Notes: generated from the sequence alone by a model not told the origin. Positions 38,002 to 49,319 are shown, counted from the first letter of the stretch. The stretch: 64,000 bases of DNA from Sphingomonadales bacterium (GCA_027489365.1 JAIXZV010000321.1:1379-65378), one strand, 5' to 3'. Numbers and translations: made by a program.

Positions 38002-39738
38002 ATGATCCGCGCGCTGCGCCTGGTGCTGTTACCGATCGCCGCCGCGCCGCTGCTGGCCCTCGCGTCGGGAGCGTCGGCTGCGCCCGCGTCGCCCGATCTC
38101 GACGCGCTGATCGCGCGCTACGAGCATTTCTCGGAAAGCTTCCCGATGGAAGCCGGCCGCTCGGATCCGTCGCATTCGCGCGAGGGGTGGCCGGTGGAGA
38201 CCCCCGCCGGGATGGCCGCGCGCAAGGCGGAACTGCGCGCGCTCGACACGGCGCTCGCCGCGCTGCCGGATGCCGCGCGGGGATCCGCGGCCGCGACCAA
38301 CCGCGCCTTCCTCCGCCAGATCATCGGATGGCGCGTGGATGGGATCGATTTCGACGAGCGCCGCTTCGCCTTCGTCGCGCATGAAGGCTTTTACAACACC
38401 CCCTATTACGCTGCGCGCGGCGTCGAGGTGCGCAGCGATGCCGATGGCCGCGCCTGGATCGCCCGGCTACGCGGCGTGCCCGGTTATTTCGCCGAACAGC
38501 GCGCCAATCTTGAGCGCGGCATCGCGACCGGCTGGACCCAGCCAGCGCGCGTGATCGATGTGGCGGTGGCGGTGCTGCGCAAACAGATTGCCCGTCCGGT
38601 GGCCGAAGATCCCTTGCTCGCGCCGCTCGCGGGCCGTCCTGCGCTGATCGCCGAGGCGAGCGCGGTGATCGCGCGCGACGTGCGCCCGGCGCAGCGTGCG
38701 ATGCTGGAGTATATCGACGGCCGCTACCGGGCGAAGGCCCGCACCGGGCTGGGCATCGGCTCGGTCCCCAATGGGCGCGCCTATTACGATTTCCTGCTGC
38801 GCTATTACACCACCACCGACCTCTCCGCCGAGCAGATCCACGCAATGGGCCTGTCCGAGGTGAAGCGTATCCGCGGCGAGATGGACAGGGTCATCGCGCA
38901 GAGCGGTTTCACGGGCAGTTTCGCCGAGTGGCTGCGCTTCCTGCGCACCGATCGGCGCTTCTACGCAGGCAACCGTGAGGAACTGATCGAGAAGTATAGC
39001 GCCGCGGCCAAGCGGATCGACGGGGTGCTGCCGCGCTGGTTCGGCACGCTGCCGCGCCAGCCCTTCACGGTCGAGGCGGTGCCGCGCGACCTGGAGGAGG
39101 GCTACACCACCGCGCGATCGGGCGGCGGGGATTTCTCCAAGGGGTTTCCCGGACGCTTCATCGTCAACACCTCGCACCTCGATCAGCGCCCGCTCTACGA
39201 GGTCCCGGCGTTGACCTTGCACGAAGCGGCACCGGGCCATCACACCCATGCCGCGATCGCGCAGGAGCATCCCGAATGGCCGAGCTTTCGCCGCCAGCGC
39301 GATCTGCTCGCCTTTCGCGAGGGCTGGGCGCTCTATGCCGAGCGGCTGGGGCACGAGATGGGTGTCTATCGCGACCCCTATGAGGCGTTCGGCAGCCTCT
39401 CAACCGAGATGTGGCGCGCTTGCCGGATGGTGGTCGACACCGGCATCCACGTGATGGGCTGGAGCTACGCGCGCGCCCGCGCCTGCTTTACGGAGAATAC
39501 GGCGCTTGCCGATATCAACATCGATACCGAGCTGGATCGCTATATCGGCGCGCCGGGCGGCGCGGTGGCGTATAAGGTCGGCGAGCTCAAGATCATCGAG
39601 CTGCGCCGCCGGGCCGAAGCGGCGCTGGGGCAGCGCTTCGATATCCGCGCCTTCCATGATTTGATCCTGGGGCAGGGACAGCTACCGCTGACGATGCTGG
39701 ATGCCGTGGTGAATGACTGGATCGCGGCGCGGAAATAA
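38002..39738 (+). CDS. Secreted DUF885-family protein (copy 3, canonical)
   Basis: HEAAPGHHTH, REGWALYAE, WRACRMVVDTGIH, PGGAVAYKVG, FDIRAFHD. Confidence 0.92.
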   Translation: MIRALRLVLLPIAAAPLLALASGASAAPASPDLDALIARYEHFSESFPMEAGRSDPSHSREGWPVETPAGMAARKAELRALDTALAALPDAARGSAAATNRAFLRQIIGWRVDGIDFDERRFAFVAHEGFYNTPYYAARGVEVRSDADGRAWIARLRGVPGYFAEQRANLERGIATGWTQPARVIDVAVAVLRKQIARPVAEDPLLAPLAGRPALIAEASAVIARDVRPAQRAMLEYIDGRYRAKARTGLGIGSVPNGRAYYDFLLRYYTTTDLSAEQIHAMGLSEVKRIRGEMDRVIAQSGFTGSFAEWLRFLRTDRRFYAGNREELIEKYSAAAKRIDGVLPRWFGTLPRQPFTVEAVPRDLEEGYTTARSGGGDFSKGFPGRFIVNTSHLDQRPLYEVPALTLHEAAPGHHTHAAIAQEHPEWPSFRRQRDLLAFREGWALYAERLGHEMGVYRDPYEAFGSLSTEMWRACRMVVDTGIHVMGWSYARARACFTENTALADINIDTELDRYIGAPGGAVAYKVGELKIIELRRRAEAALGQRFDIRAFHDLILGQGQLPLTMLDAVVNDWIAARK

Positions 39739-39744
39739 GCGCGG

Positions 39745-41586
39745 TCATACGGGCACGATGTCGAAGGCGATCGTGGTGCGGTGGCCGACATCGTCGAACG
39801 GCACCGTTCCGTGGTAGAAATAGGAGGGGAACAGCACGAGCAACCCCGGCTCGGGCCGGACCATGCGGCTGATCCGTTCGCGCGCGCCGAGCCTGAGGCC
39901 ACTCTCGCCGAACTTGAGCCAGCCCTGCTGATCCCGCGCGACGGCATCGGGCAGCGCGACATAATAGCAGGCGCTGATCCAGCCCTCGGGATGGATGTGA
40001 TTTTCGTGAAAGCCGGTGGTGCGCAGCCGCACCGACCAGGAGCCGGAAAAGGCAAAGTGGCCGGTGTTGCGGCGGAGGAAAGGATGCGTGGGGTCTTCGG
40101 GCAAGGCCGCAATCCACGCCTTGACCCGCGCCTCGATCATGCTGCGCACCGTGGCGATCAGCGGGTCGGGCAGGGCGAACAGGTCGTCGCTGGTCTGGGT
40201 GCCGCCGCGCAGCGTCTGCTCGAGCGGGTAGCGCTGGTCGCGGTGGAGCGGGGTAAGCGCGGCGTCGAGCCGGACGTTGAAGCTGGCGACGTCGCCATCG
40301 GGTGGGGACAGGAGGCTGGCTGATATGAGGCGTTCGGCGTCGTGGAGCCACGATTCGCGCGGATCGCCGGTCAGGCGCCAGCCCAGGCCCTTAAGCGCGA
40401 GCGCCTGCTGGTCGAGCGGGTTCTCGGCCAGCAGCGGCGCAAGCTGCGTTAGCGCCTCGGCTGGGCGATCGAGGATGATGCGGGCGCGGGCCGCTTCGCG
40501 GACGGCGGGTGCGAAACCGGGTGCCGCATCGAACCGGGCTAGCGCGGCATCGGCCTGCCCGAGCGACCAATGGGCGCGTCCGAGCTGATAGTGGAGTTCG
40601 GGGCCGTCAGCCTCTGCGTGGGGCGCGAGCAGCGTGGCAGCACCCGCCGCGTCTCCCGCCAGCAGCAAGCGATCGGCGAGGTCGCAAAGTAGTCCTGCGT
40701 CTGCGGGCGCGTCGGCGAGTGCGCTGCGATAGCTGGCCAGCCACGTATCGGTCCGCCCCTGTCGCCACAGCAATCCGCTGAGCGATCGATGCGCTTGGCG
40801 GTCGGTGGGGCGGAGCGCGATGGCGCGCTGATAGGCCAGAATGGCGGTGTCGATCTGGCCGAGATCCTGCAGGCAATGACCGAGGGTATAGGCGATCTCG
40901 GGGCGAGCGGGGTCGACTTCGATCGCGCGGCGGAGCAGCGGCAGCGCCTCGTCCGGGCGGGCCGCGAGCCGGAGCGCGACCCCGAGATTGTGCAGCGTCG
41001 CAGCATGATCGGGCCGCAGCGTCAGCGCGGTGCGAAAGGCGGTGATCGCGGACTCGAGCTCGCGCAGCGCGCGGCGCGCCTGGCCTTCTATCGCCCAGGC
41101 GCTGGCGTTGCGCGGGTCGCGCCGCAGTAGCGGGGCGAGGGTCGCGCACGCATCCGCGGCATCGTCTGCGGCAAGCAGCGCAATTGCCAGATTCACGCGC
41201 GCCTCGTCATAAGCCGGTGCGAGCCGCAGCGCCGCGCGATAGGCCCGGATCGCGCCGTCGCTGTCGCCCAGATCGACCAGGCTGTTGCCGAGATTGTTGT
41301 GCACATGGGGCTGTGCGGGCGCGACCGCGAGCGAGCGGTTGAAGAAGGCGATCGCGTCGGCGTGCCGCCCGGCTTTACGGGCGATCATGCCGAGCAATTG
41401 GAGCGCATCGGGATTTTCGGGAGCGAGATCTAGCACGCGCTGCAGGATCGTCTCCGCCGGGCCGGGGCGCCCGCCCCGTGCCAGTGCCATCGCATGGTGC
41501 AGCGCATCGGTGAGCGCCTCCGCGCTGAGGCCCGGCTGCCCGTCCGCCCGCGATGCCGGGTCTGATAATGGTCGTGTCTGTTCCAT
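39745..41586 (-). CDS. TPR-repeat protein with C-terminal putative 2OG-Fe(II) oxygenase domain
   Basis: Repeated HNNLGNSL / HNLGVAL TPR units; QTLRGGTQT, SWSVRL, FHENHIH, ISACYY, FPSYFYHGT, RTTIAFD. Confidence 0.85.
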   Translation of the reverse strand: MEQTRPLSDPASRADGQPGLSAEALTDALHHAMALARGGRPGPAETILQRVLDLAPENPDALQLLGMIARKAGRHADAIAFFNRSLAVAPAQPHVHNNLGNSLVDLGDSDGAIRAYRAALRLAPAYDEARVNLAIALLAADDAADACATLAPLLRRDPRNASAWAIEGQARRALRELESAITAFRTALTLRPDHAATLHNLGVALRLAARPDEALPLLRRAIEVDPARPEIAYTLGHCLQDLGQIDTAILAYQRAIALRPTDRQAHRSLSGLLWRQGRTDTWLASYRSALADAPADAGLLCDLADRLLLAGDAAGAATLLAPHAEADGPELHYQLGRAHWSLGQADAALARFDAAPGFAPAVREAARARIILDRPAEALTQLAPLLAENPLDQQALALKGLGWRLTGDPRESWLHDAERLISASLLSPPDGDVASFNVRLDAALTPLHRDQRYPLEQTLRGGTQTSDDLFALPDPLIATVRSMIEARVKAWIAALPEDPTHPFLRRNTGHFAFSGSWSVRLRTTGFHENHIHPEGWISACYYVALPDAVARDQQGWLKFGESGLRLGARERISRMVRPEPGLLVLFPSYFYHGTVPFDDVGHRTTIAFDIVPV

Positions 41587-41711
41587 CAGCACGATGTCCC
41601 CGGTTGCGCGGGCTAAGCGGCTTGCCTGACGGAAATGTTGCAAACGCCTCTTGTCTCGTCAAGATAATCACGCTCTAAATCATATGTAATTGGGAATAAC
41701 GGGGTCGCGAC

Positions 41712-43109
41712 ATGATCGGATCGGTGAGGCACCGGGTTGGGCGCAAACGGCTGCTGCGGGTCGCGGCGATGGGCGCGGCGTTCCTGCTCGGGGCGCTGGT
41801 CCCGCATCTGACCCATGCCCAGCGCGCCATTCCGGAGACGACCGACGATGTCCGCCGCGTGCCGATCCCGCCGGTCGACCGCAGCCGTGCCCCGATCGTC
41901 GTGCTGACCGGCGGTACAGTGATCGACGGGCGAAGCCGATCGCCGATCCCCAATGCGGTCGTGGTGCTTCAGGGTGACCGGATCGTCTCCGTGGGACCGG
42001 CCGGATCGCCGGTGCCCACCAAGCCTGCGCGGACGATCGATGCCAGGGGGCTGTGGATCCTCCCCGGCCTGATCGACCTCCACATCCACTTCACCCAGCA
42101 GCGCGGGAGCGACATGGGTCGCTATTCGGACAGCGATGCGGCTGCCGCGATCCGCGGCACGGTCCTGGCCGATCAGATGGTGACGGCGGGGATCACCGCC
42201 GCGCGCGACGTGGGCACGGTCGACGATGTGGCCTTGCGCATCAAGGAAGCCGTCGATCGCGGGATGATCCGCGGCCCGCGCGTGTTGTGGAGCGGCAGAC
42301 TGATCGCCAGCACGGGCGGACATGGTGACGAGGTGACCTCTACCGCGACCGGTCGGGAGAAGCCCAATCTCGGCGGCGATCCGCATGGTGTCGACGGGCC
42401 GTGGGAATGGCGCAAGGCGGTGCGCGAGCAGATCCGTCGCCTCGCGGACTGGATCAAGATCAGCGCCCCGGCGGACAAGGAAGAACTGGCCGCTGCGATC
42501 GACGAAGCGCATTCGCTCGGCGTGCCGGTGGCGATCGACAGCTATGGCCCCTATACCGACTGGGCGATCGAGGCGGGGGTCGATACGCTCGAACATCCGC
42601 TGTTGCTGAGCGACCGGGCGGTGGCGTTGATGAAGCAGCACGGCACGGCGTTCGTGCCGACGATCGGTGCGTTCGACAATCTGCTCGAAGGGGGATACCC
42701 GACCGCAGGCATTCCGAGCGGAGGGTTCTATTACACCCATTCGCGTCGTTTCGTGATCAACCAGCAGGATCATTTGAAGCGTGTGAACGAGGCATATCGC
42801 GCGGGCGTGCCGATCGGGGTGGGCACCGACATTCCGTTCGAGAATGAATGGCGCTATCCCGACGCCTATTTCCGCGAGCTCAACTATCTCCATCAGGCCG
42901 GCATGACCAATGCCGATGTGCTCGCCTCCGCCACCAGCGTGGGTGCGACGATCCTCCGCATGGGGGACAAGCTGGGTACGATCGAACCGGGCAAGATCGC
43001 CGACGTGCTGATCGTCGGTGCCAACCCGCTCGAGTCGCTGAAGAACCTTCGCGACGTCCGCTATGTGATCGCCGACGGCAAGGTGGTGGTGGAGCGCACG
43101 CCGCGCTAG
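41712..43109 (+). CDS. Secreted amidohydrolase-superfamily enzyme (peptidase/amidase-like)
   Basis: PGLIDLHIH, GGHGD, WIKI, TLEH, GTD, GTIEPGKIAD; N-terminal signal-like segment. Confidence 0.88.
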   Translation: MIGSVRHRVGRKRLLRVAAMGAAFLLGALVPHLTHAQRAIPETTDDVRRVPIPPVDRSRAPIVVLTGGTVIDGRSRSPIPNAVVVLQGDRIVSVGPAGSPVPTKPARTIDARGLWILPGLIDLHIHFTQQRGSDMGRYSDSDAAAAIRGTVLADQMVTAGITAARDVGTVDDVALRIKEAVDRGMIRGPRVLWSGRLIASTGGHGDEVTSTATGREKPNLGGDPHGVDGPWEWRKAVREQIRRLADWIKISAPADKEELAAAIDEAHSLGVPVAIDSYGPYTDWAIEAGVDTLEHPLLLSDRAVALMKQHGTAFVPTIGAFDNLLEGGYPTAGIPSGGFYYTHSRRFVINQQDHLKRVNEAYRAGVPIGVGTDIPFENEWRYPDAYFRELNYLHQAGMTNADVLASATSVGATILRMGDKLGTIEPGKIADVLIVGANPLESLKNLRDVRYVIADGKVVVERTPR

Positions 43110-43130
43110 CTGGACGCTAGCCGGGCGCGC

Positions 43131-43652
43131 TCATTCGATCGGGAGTTTGCTCAGATTGGCGCTGATCTTCTGTAGCGTACGAAGCAAATGCGCGATGTCG
43201 CGGTCGCTGACGCCGTCCATTGCGCGGGTGAACTGACGCCCGACGATCGGGGTCAGTTTGCGCAGGGTTTGTTGCCCGGCCGGGGTCAGCGTCACTTCGG
43301 AGACACGGTTGTCTTCCGGATTGGGCTCGGTGGTGACAAGGCCCTGTTCGACCATCCGGTCGATGATCCGGCTGATCGTCGAGCGCTTGGTCAGCGCCGC
43401 CTCGGCGATCGCGCCGATGCTGGCCGGTTGGCGCTCGCGCAGCACCGTCATCACGCGGTAGATCGGCTTGGACACGCCGTGCTTGTGCAGCACGATGTCC
43501 ATGTCTTCGTGATATTTGAAGTCGGCATGGGCCATCAGGTAGAAAGGCGAGTTCTCCAGCCGAAAATTGGGGCTGCTGGGGTCGTAGACACTGCGATTGT
43601 CCATCAGATCCTCTGCCGTTCGTACTGCGTTCTTCATTGCGCTTGTCGCCAT
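43131..43652 (-). CDS. MarR-family regulator
   Basis: SIGAIAEAALTKRSTISRIIDRMVEQGLV...DNRVSEVTLTPAG winged helix. Confidence 0.92.
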   Translation of the reverse strand: MATSAMKNAVRTAEDLMDNRSVYDPSSPNFRLENSPFYLMAHADFKYHEDMDIVLHKHGVSKPIYRVMTVLRERQPASIGAIAEAALTKRSTISRIIDRMVEQGLVTTEPNPEDNRVSEVTLTPAGQQTLRKLTPIVGRQFTRAMDGVSDRDIAHLLRTLQKISANLSKLPIE

Positions 43653-43725
43653 GTTTCCCTCAACCATTTCCCAGGATCAAGACGTTGCGCCCGGCCAGAT
43701 GGCTTGGAGCAGACGAATATGCCGA

Positions 43726-43903
43726 AAACACGTGACTTTACACCTATAATCGATCCCTCCGCGACCCTGGACAGCGCAGGCGCGGTGCCGAGCCGAGCCC
43801 GATAGCGGGATGGCATAGAACGCACGCCCGTGTCCGGCCGGGGCCGCGGGAGCAGCGCCCATGCCGATCAAATCACAAAACATCAACGAAAAATCGCGTG
43901 ATT
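43726..43903. promoter_or_regulatory. Two candidate operators in the marR / M24 divergent promoter
   Basis: aaacacgtgact (43726-43737, 10/12) and aatcgcgtgatt (43892-43903, 11/12) against AATCACGTGATT. Confidence 0.62.
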
Positions 43904-43964
43904 ATCGTTCCATTGCGCTTGCGATTCTGTCAGCGTCGGGCTGGAAAATCTTGGGAGAACAGCC

Positions 43965-45308
43965 TTGTCGTCTACGCGTTTGAGCCGGCTTGCCCGACCG
44001 CTCACCACTCTGCCGCTCGCCCTGCTTGCACTTGTCGCAGCATTGCCTGCCCACGGCCAGGAGGCGAAGCGTCGCTGGGATCAGATGTGCCAGATCCGCC
44101 AGAACAAGCTCGACCTGATCCTGCCCGAGGTGATGCGCGAGAACCGCATCGACATGTGGATCGTCGCCTCGCGCGAGGGGCATGACGATCCCAATGCCGC
44201 GCTACTCGGCGGCGGCTATGTCGGCGATGTCGGCTATTACGTGTTCACCGATCGCACCGGCAGCGGCCGGATCGAGCGCGCGGTGATGGGGATCGGCGGC
44301 GCATTGTTCGACCAGTGTCCGCTCTACGACCGGAAGCTCTCGCCAGCCGAACTCCGCGCGTTCGTCGCGGCGCGTGACCCGAAGCGGATCGGGATCGACG
44401 TCGCAACCGAGATCGGCACCGCCGACGGGCTCAGCCATTCGCTCCATGCGAAGCTGGTCGAGACGCTTGGGCCGACGCTGGCGGGGCGGCTCGTCTCGGC
44501 GGAAAAGCTGGTTTCCGATTTCCGCGCCCGGCACACGGTGAGCGAGATCGCCGCTTTCTCGCAGGCGGGGGAGTATTCGCGGACGATCCTGGAGCGCGCA
44601 CTGTCGAATGAAGTGATCGTGCCGGGGCACACCACCACCGGCGATGTCGCCTGGTGGATGATGGAGCAACTCCACAAGGAAGGGCTGGGCAGCAGCTTTG
44701 GCCTGCCGAGCATCTACATCCTCGGTCCGGGCGAGCGCGGCCCGGTTTCGGGCGACCATATCATCCAGCCGGGTGACCTGATCACGGTCGATTGGGGCGT
44801 GAACTATCTGTTTTACTATACCGACATGAAGCGCATGGCCTATGTCCTAAAGCCCGGCGAGAACGCTCCGCCGGTGGGCGTGCAGCGCGCCTATGACACG
44901 GCGCAGGAAGTCCGCCGGATGATCCTCGACGTGATTCGCCCGGGCGTGACCGCCGGCGACGCGCTCGCTGCAGTCAACACGCGCGTCGCGACGACGCCGG
45001 GGCTGGTGCTTGGCCGGTATGACGATCCGAGCAAGGACCCGAAGGTTTCGGACGTGGTGATCGGCAGCCATTCGGTCGGCGATTGGGGGCATGGCTCGGG
45101 CCCGTCGATCGCCGACTTCAACCCGCTGCGCATGAGCTACACGCTGCGGGCGAGCAATTTTCTGTCGATCGAATCCTTTCTCTACACGCCGGTGCCCGAA
45201 TGGGGCGGGCGCAAGATCAAGATTCCGCTCGAGGACAATGGCGTGGTCACCGAGCGCGGCTTCGAATGGGCCTATCCGCCCAACAGTCGCATCCTGTTGG
45301 TGAAGTGA
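43965..45308 (+). CDS. Secreted M24-family (Xaa-Pro aminopeptidase-like) metallopeptidase
   Basis: Signal peptide; pita-bread ligands VDWG...YTDMKR, GSHSVG, SIES, LEDN; TTG start with GGAG RBS. Confidence 0.87.
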   Translation: MSSTRLSRLARPLTTLPLALLALVAALPAHGQEAKRRWDQMCQIRQNKLDLILPEVMRENRIDMWIVASREGHDDPNAALLGGGYVGDVGYYVFTDRTGSGRIERAVMGIGGALFDQCPLYDRKLSPAELRAFVAARDPKRIGIDVATEIGTADGLSHSLHAKLVETLGPTLAGRLVSAEKLVSDFRARHTVSEIAAFSQAGEYSRTILERALSNEVIVPGHTTTGDVAWWMMEQLHKEGLGSSFGLPSIYILGPGERGPVSGDHIIQPGDLITVDWGVNYLFYYTDMKRMAYVLKPGENAPPVGVQRAYDTAQEVRRMILDVIRPGVTAGDALAAVNTRVATTPGLVLGRYDDPSKDPKVSDVVIGSHSVGDWGHGSGPSIADFNPLRMSYTLRASNFLSIESFLYTPVPEWGGRKIKIPLEDNGVVTERGFEWAYPPNSRILLVK

Positions 45309-45315
45309 CGGGAAT

Positions 45316-45338
45316 GCGGCCGGTGACGAACCGGCCGC
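45316..45338. terminator. Hairpin between convergent genes
   Basis: gcggccggt-gacga-accggccgc. Confidence 0.55.
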
Positions 45339-45346
45339 GCTTCAGG

Positions 45347-46522
45347 TCAAAAGGCGGCGATGCCCGTGATCGCGCGGCCGAGGATCAGGGCGTGCACGTC
45401 GTGCGTGCCCTCATAGGTGTTGACCGTTTCCAGGTTCATCAGGTGGCGCATCACCTCATATTCGCCCGAGATACCGTTGCCGCCGTGCATGTCGCGGCTC
45501 ATCCGTGCGATATCGAGTGCCTTGCCGACATTGTTGCGCTTGACGATCGAGATCATCTCCGGCGCGAACTGGCCCATGTCCATCAACCGGCCGACCCGCA
45601 GCGACGCCTGCAGGCCGAGCGCGATCTCGGTTTCCATATCGGCCAGCTTCTTCTGGAATAGCTGTGTCGCGGCGAGCGGACGGCCGAACTGATGCCGGTC
45701 GAGTCCATATTGCCGGGCGGCGTGGAAACAGAATTCGGCGGCACCGAGCGCGCCCCAGCTGATCCCGTAGCGCGCGCGGTTAAGGCAGGAGAACGGGCCC
45801 TTCAACCCCGCCACGTCCGGGAGCAAAGCGTCTTCGCTCACCTCGACCTCGTCGAGCTGGATCATGCCGGTGATCGAGGCGCGCAGGCTCAGCTTGCCTT
45901 CGATCTTGGGTGCGGAAAGCCCGGCCATGCCCTTTTCGAGCACAAAGCCGCGGATCGCGCCGCCATGCGCGTCGGACTTGGCCCAGACGACGAAAACGTC
46001 GGCAATCGGCGCGTTCGAGATCCACGTCTTGGAACCGCTGAGCCGGTAGCCGCCGTCGATCTTCACGGCGCGCGTGCGCATCCCGCCGGGATCGGAGCCG
46101 GCATCGGGTTCGGTCAAGCCAAAGCAGCCGATCGATGCGCCGCTGGCGAGCTTCGGCAAATACTTCTGCTTCTGCGCTTCCGAGCCGAACGCCTGGATCG
46201 GGTACATGACGAGGCTCGACTGCACGCTCATCATCGAGCGATAGCCCGAATCGACACGCTCCACTTCGCGCGCGATCAGGCCGTAAGCGACATAGGACGC
46301 GCCGCTGCCGCCATAAGCCTCGGGCACGGTCGGGCCGAGCAGGCCGAGCGCGCCCATCTCGTGGAAGATCTCGGGATCGGTGCGTTCCTGGTCGAACGCC
46401 GCGATCACGCGCGGGGCGAGCTGCGATTGCGCATAGTCGCGCGCGGTGTCGCGGATCATCCGCTCATCCTCCTCCAGCTGCAGCTCCAGCAGCAGGGGGT
46501 CGGCCCAGTCGAATTTCTGCAT
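45347..46522 (-). CDS. gcdH: Glutaryl-CoA dehydrogenase
   Basis: [65 protein letters not shown]. Confidence 0.92.
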   Translation of the reverse strand: MQKFDWADPLLLELQLEEDERMIRDTARDYAQSQLAPRVIAAFDQERTDPEIFHEMGALGLLGPTVPEAYGGSGASYVAYGLIAREVERVDSGYRSMMSVQSSLVMYPIQAFGSEAQKQKYLPKLASGASIGCFGLTEPDAGSDPGGMRTRAVKIDGGYRLSGSKTWISNAPIADVFVVWAKSDAHGGAIRGFVLEKGMAGLSAPKIEGKLSLRASITGMIQLDEVEVSEDALLPDVAGLKGPFSCLNRARYGISWGALGAAEFCFHAARQYGLDRHQFGRPLAATQLFQKKLADMETEIALGLQASLRVGRLMDMGQFAPEMISIVKRNNVGKALDIARMSRDMHGGNGISGEYEVMRHLMNLETVNTYEGTHDVHALILGRAITGIAAF

Positions 46523-46532
46523 TGTGGTTTCC

Positions 46533-46937
46533 TCAGGCGGTGGGGACGATGGCGATCGTCTCGATTTCGATCTTTGCCGCAGCCTCGACGAGCGCGGCGA
46601 CCTCGACCACGGCCATCGCCGGGTAATTGCGGCCGATCAGTTCGCGGTACGCCGCGCCGATCTCGGCGATTTGGGCGAGATAGTCTTCGCGGCTGGTGAT
46701 GTACCAGGTCATCCGCACGATATGTTCGGGCCCCGCCCCGCCCTCGGCAAGGATCGCCAGCGTGTTGAGCAGCACCTGGCGGAACTGTCCCGCGAGATCG
46801 GACGCGACGAAGCGCTCCTCCGCGTCCCAGCCGACCACGCCGGCGGTGAACACCATCCGGCCGCTGGCGGCGATGCCATTGGCATAGCCGCGCGGGCGCT
46901 TCCAGCCGGGCGGCAACAGGCTTTGATGGGCGGTCAT
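46533..46937 (-). CDS. RidA/Rid-family protein
   Basis: [36 protein letters not shown]. Confidence 0.9.
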   Translation of the reverse strand: MTAHQSLLPPGWKRPRGYANGIAASGRMVFTAGVVGWDAEERFVASDLAGQFRQVLLNTLAILAEGGAGPEHIVRMTWYITSREDYLAQIAEIGAAYRELIGRNYPAMAVVEVAALVEAAAKIEIETIAIVPTA

Positions 46938-47338
46938 CGGCATTCCATTTCGAGGCGTTGGCGGTATTCGGGTGGCCAGGGTTGTGACGTCCCGTCGGCC
47001 AGCGCGATCAGCACTTGGGTGAGGTGGACGGTGAAGCGCGGCGCGCCGTCGCAGCTCACCGCGACGTCGAGATCGATCGAGCTGCGCCCGACACGGGTGA
47101 GCTGCACCGCGAAATCGAGCAGATCGCCCAGCTTGCACGGCGCGGCGAAGGTGGCGGCAAGGTCAACCGTGGGCAGGCCGATGCCGCGCTCCATGTGCAT
47201 CGTCCGCCGGTCGTCGCCCAGCACCGCCGGAGTCCAGTCCTCGATCGCGGCATCGCACAGTTCCAGGCAGCGCGGATAATAAGCGATGCCCGCAGGGTCG
47301 CAATGCGCGAAGCGCAGCGGATAGCTGACCCGGAACAT
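46934..47338 (-). CDS. 4HBT-like acyl-CoA thioesterase
   Basis: RFAHCDPAGIAYYPR, VGRSS. Confidence 0.88.
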   Translation of the reverse strand: MFRVSYPLRFAHCDPAGIAYYPRCLELCDAAIEDWTPAVLGDDRRTMHMERGIGLPTVDLAATFAAPCKLGDLLDFAVQLTRVGRSSIDLDVAVSCDGAPRFTVHLTQVLIALADGTSQPWPPEYRQRLEMECR

Positions 47339-48504
47339 CAGGCTGCGCTTTGGGCGAGATGCTGGCGGGCGATGACGATCTTCTGCACTTCCGATGCGCC
47401 CTCATAGATGCGCAGCGCCCGCACTTCGCGGTAGAGCGCCTCGACCGGCGCGCCGACGGTGACGCCGAGGCCGCCGAAGATCTGCACCGCCTTGTCGATC
47501 ACCTGCTGCGCGCTGTCGGTGGCGTGGAGCTTGGCGAGCGCCGCCTCGCGCGTGTTGCGCTGGCCGCGGACGTCGCGCAGCCAGCCGGCGCGATAGATCA
47601 GCAGCGCCGAGCTATCGATATCGAGCACCATCTCGGCAAGCTTGGACTGGGTGATCGGATTGTCGGCGAGCGTGCCCTCGCCCAGCCGCCGGGTGCGCGC
47701 CCGCGCGGTCGCCTCGTCGAGCGCGCGCCGGGCGAAGCCGAGCGCCGCCGCGCCGACGGTGGTGCGGAAGATGTCGAGCGTCGCCATCGCCGCCGCAAAG
47801 CCACGCCCGCCCTCGCCGAGCAAGGCATCGGCGGCCAGCGCCATATCGGTGAATTCGAGCGTCGCCAGCGGGTGCGGGGCGATCACCTCGATCCGTTCGG
47901 TCACGCGCAGGCCCGCAGTGTCGGCATCGACGATGAAGGCAGACACGCCCTTGGCGCCCGGCGCCTCCCCGGTGCGGGCGAAGAGGACGTAATGATCGGC
48001 AATGCCGCCGTTCGAGATATAGGTCTTGGCGCCGTTCACGCGCCAGCCGTCGTCGGTGCGATCGGCGCGCGTTTCCATCGCCGCCACGTCCGAGCCCGAA
48101 CCCGGCTCGGTCAGCGCGAAGGCGGCGATCTTATCGCCGCGCGCCACGGCGGGGAGATACGCGCGCTTCTGCGCTTCGGTGCCGAACAGCGAAATCGTGC
48201 CCGAACCCAGCCCCTGCATCGCAAAGGCGAAGTCGGCCAAACCCGAATGGCGCGCCAGCGTCTCGCGGATCAGTGCCAGCGAGCGGATGTCGAGCGTCTC
48301 ATGCACCCCGCCCCACGCTGCGGGGACGCAAAAGCGCAGCCAGCCGCCGTCGCCGAGCGCACGGACGAGCCGACGGCATTCGGCGTCGGTATCGCTGCCG
48401 TGGGTGTCAGCCAGATTGGCAACGCACCATGCCTCCAGGTCATCCGCGAGCGCGCGGTGGCCATCATCGAGGAAGGGCCAGTCGAGAAAGCTGCGGTCGG
48501 CCAT
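47338..48504 (-). CDS. Acyl-CoA dehydrogenase
   Basis: [39 protein letters not shown]. Confidence 0.92.
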   Translation of the reverse strand: MADRSFLDWPFLDDGHRALADDLEAWCVANLADTHGSDTDAECRRLVRALGDGGWLRFCVPAAWGGVHETLDIRSLALIRETLARHSGLADFAFAMQGLGSGTISLFGTEAQKRAYLPAVARGDKIAAFALTEPGSGSDVAAMETRADRTDDGWRVNGAKTYISNGGIADHYVLFARTGEAPGAKGVSAFIVDADTAGLRVTERIEVIAPHPLATLEFTDMALAADALLGEGGRGFAAAMATLDIFRTTVGAAALGFARRALDEATARARTRRLGEGTLADNPITQSKLAEMVLDIDSSALLIYRAGWLRDVRGQRNTREAALAKLHATDSAQQVIDKAVQIFGGLGVTVGAPVEALYREVRALRIYEGASEVQKIVIARQHLAQSAA

Positions 48505-49319
48505 CAGTTGCCCTCGAACATGGGTGTGCGCTTCTCGGCAAAGGCTTCAAAGGCGCGGCGGAAGTCCTTGGTCGCCATGCAGATCGCCTGCGCCTGCGCT
48601 TCCATCTCGATCGCGGTCTCGATGCTCACCGCCCATTCCACGTTGAGCTGAGTCTTGGTGATGCCGTGCGCGAAGGTCGGGCCGGCGGCGATGCTGCGCG
48701 CGAGCGCCATCGCCTCGTCAGGCAGCGTCTCGGCGGCGACCAGCCGATTGTGGAAACCCCAGCGTTCGCCCTCTTCGGCGGACATGACCCTGCCGGTGTA
48801 GAGCAGATCGGCGGCGCGGCCCTGGCCGATGATCCGCGGCAGGATTGCGCAGGCGCCCATATCGCACCCGGCGAGGCCGACGCGGGTGAACAGGAAGGCG
48901 GTCTTGGCCGCTGGCGTGGCGAGGCGCAGGTCCGATGCCATCGCCATGATCGCACCCGCACCGACGCAAACGCCGTCGATCGCCGCGACGATCGGCTGCG
49001 GGCAGGCGCGCATCGCCTTGACCAGATCGCCGGTCATGCGGGTGAAGGCGAGCAGTTCGGGCATCGCCATTTCGGTCAGCGGGCCGATGATCTCATGCAC
49101 GTCACCGCCGGAGGAGAAATTGCCGCCCGCGCCGGTGACCACCACCGCCTTGACCTGCGGCGTGTAGACCAGCTCGCGGAACGTATCGCGCAGTTCGGCA
49201 TAGCTTTCGAAGGTGAGCGGGTTCTTGCGTTCGGGCCGGTTGAGCGTGACGGTCGCCACGCCGTCGGCAAAGGCCCAGCCAAAATGCGCTGGCGTGAAGC
49301 GGATCGGATCCATGGTCAT
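48504..49319 (-). CDS. Enoyl-CoA hydratase family protein
   Basis: [30 protein letters not shown]. Confidence 0.92.
   Translation of the reverse strand: MTMDPIRFTPAHFGWAFADGVATVTLNRPERKNPLTFESYAELRDTFRELVYTPQVKAVVVTGAGGNFSSGGDVHEIIGPLTEMAMPELLAFTRMTGDLVKAMRACPQPIVAAIDGVCVGAGAIMAMASDLRLATPAAKTAFLFTRVGLAGCDMGACAILPRIIGQGRAADLLYTGRVMSAEEGERWGFHNRLVAAETLPDEAMALARSIAAGPTFAHGITKTQLNVEWAVSIETAIEMEAQAQAICMATKDFRRAFEAFAEKRTPMFEGN

Noticed and set aside
26076-45308. Microcystin-degradation (mlr) cluster
   Set aside because: No CAAX-protease-like MlrA, beta-lactamase-family MlrB or PTR2 transporter motifs were seen.
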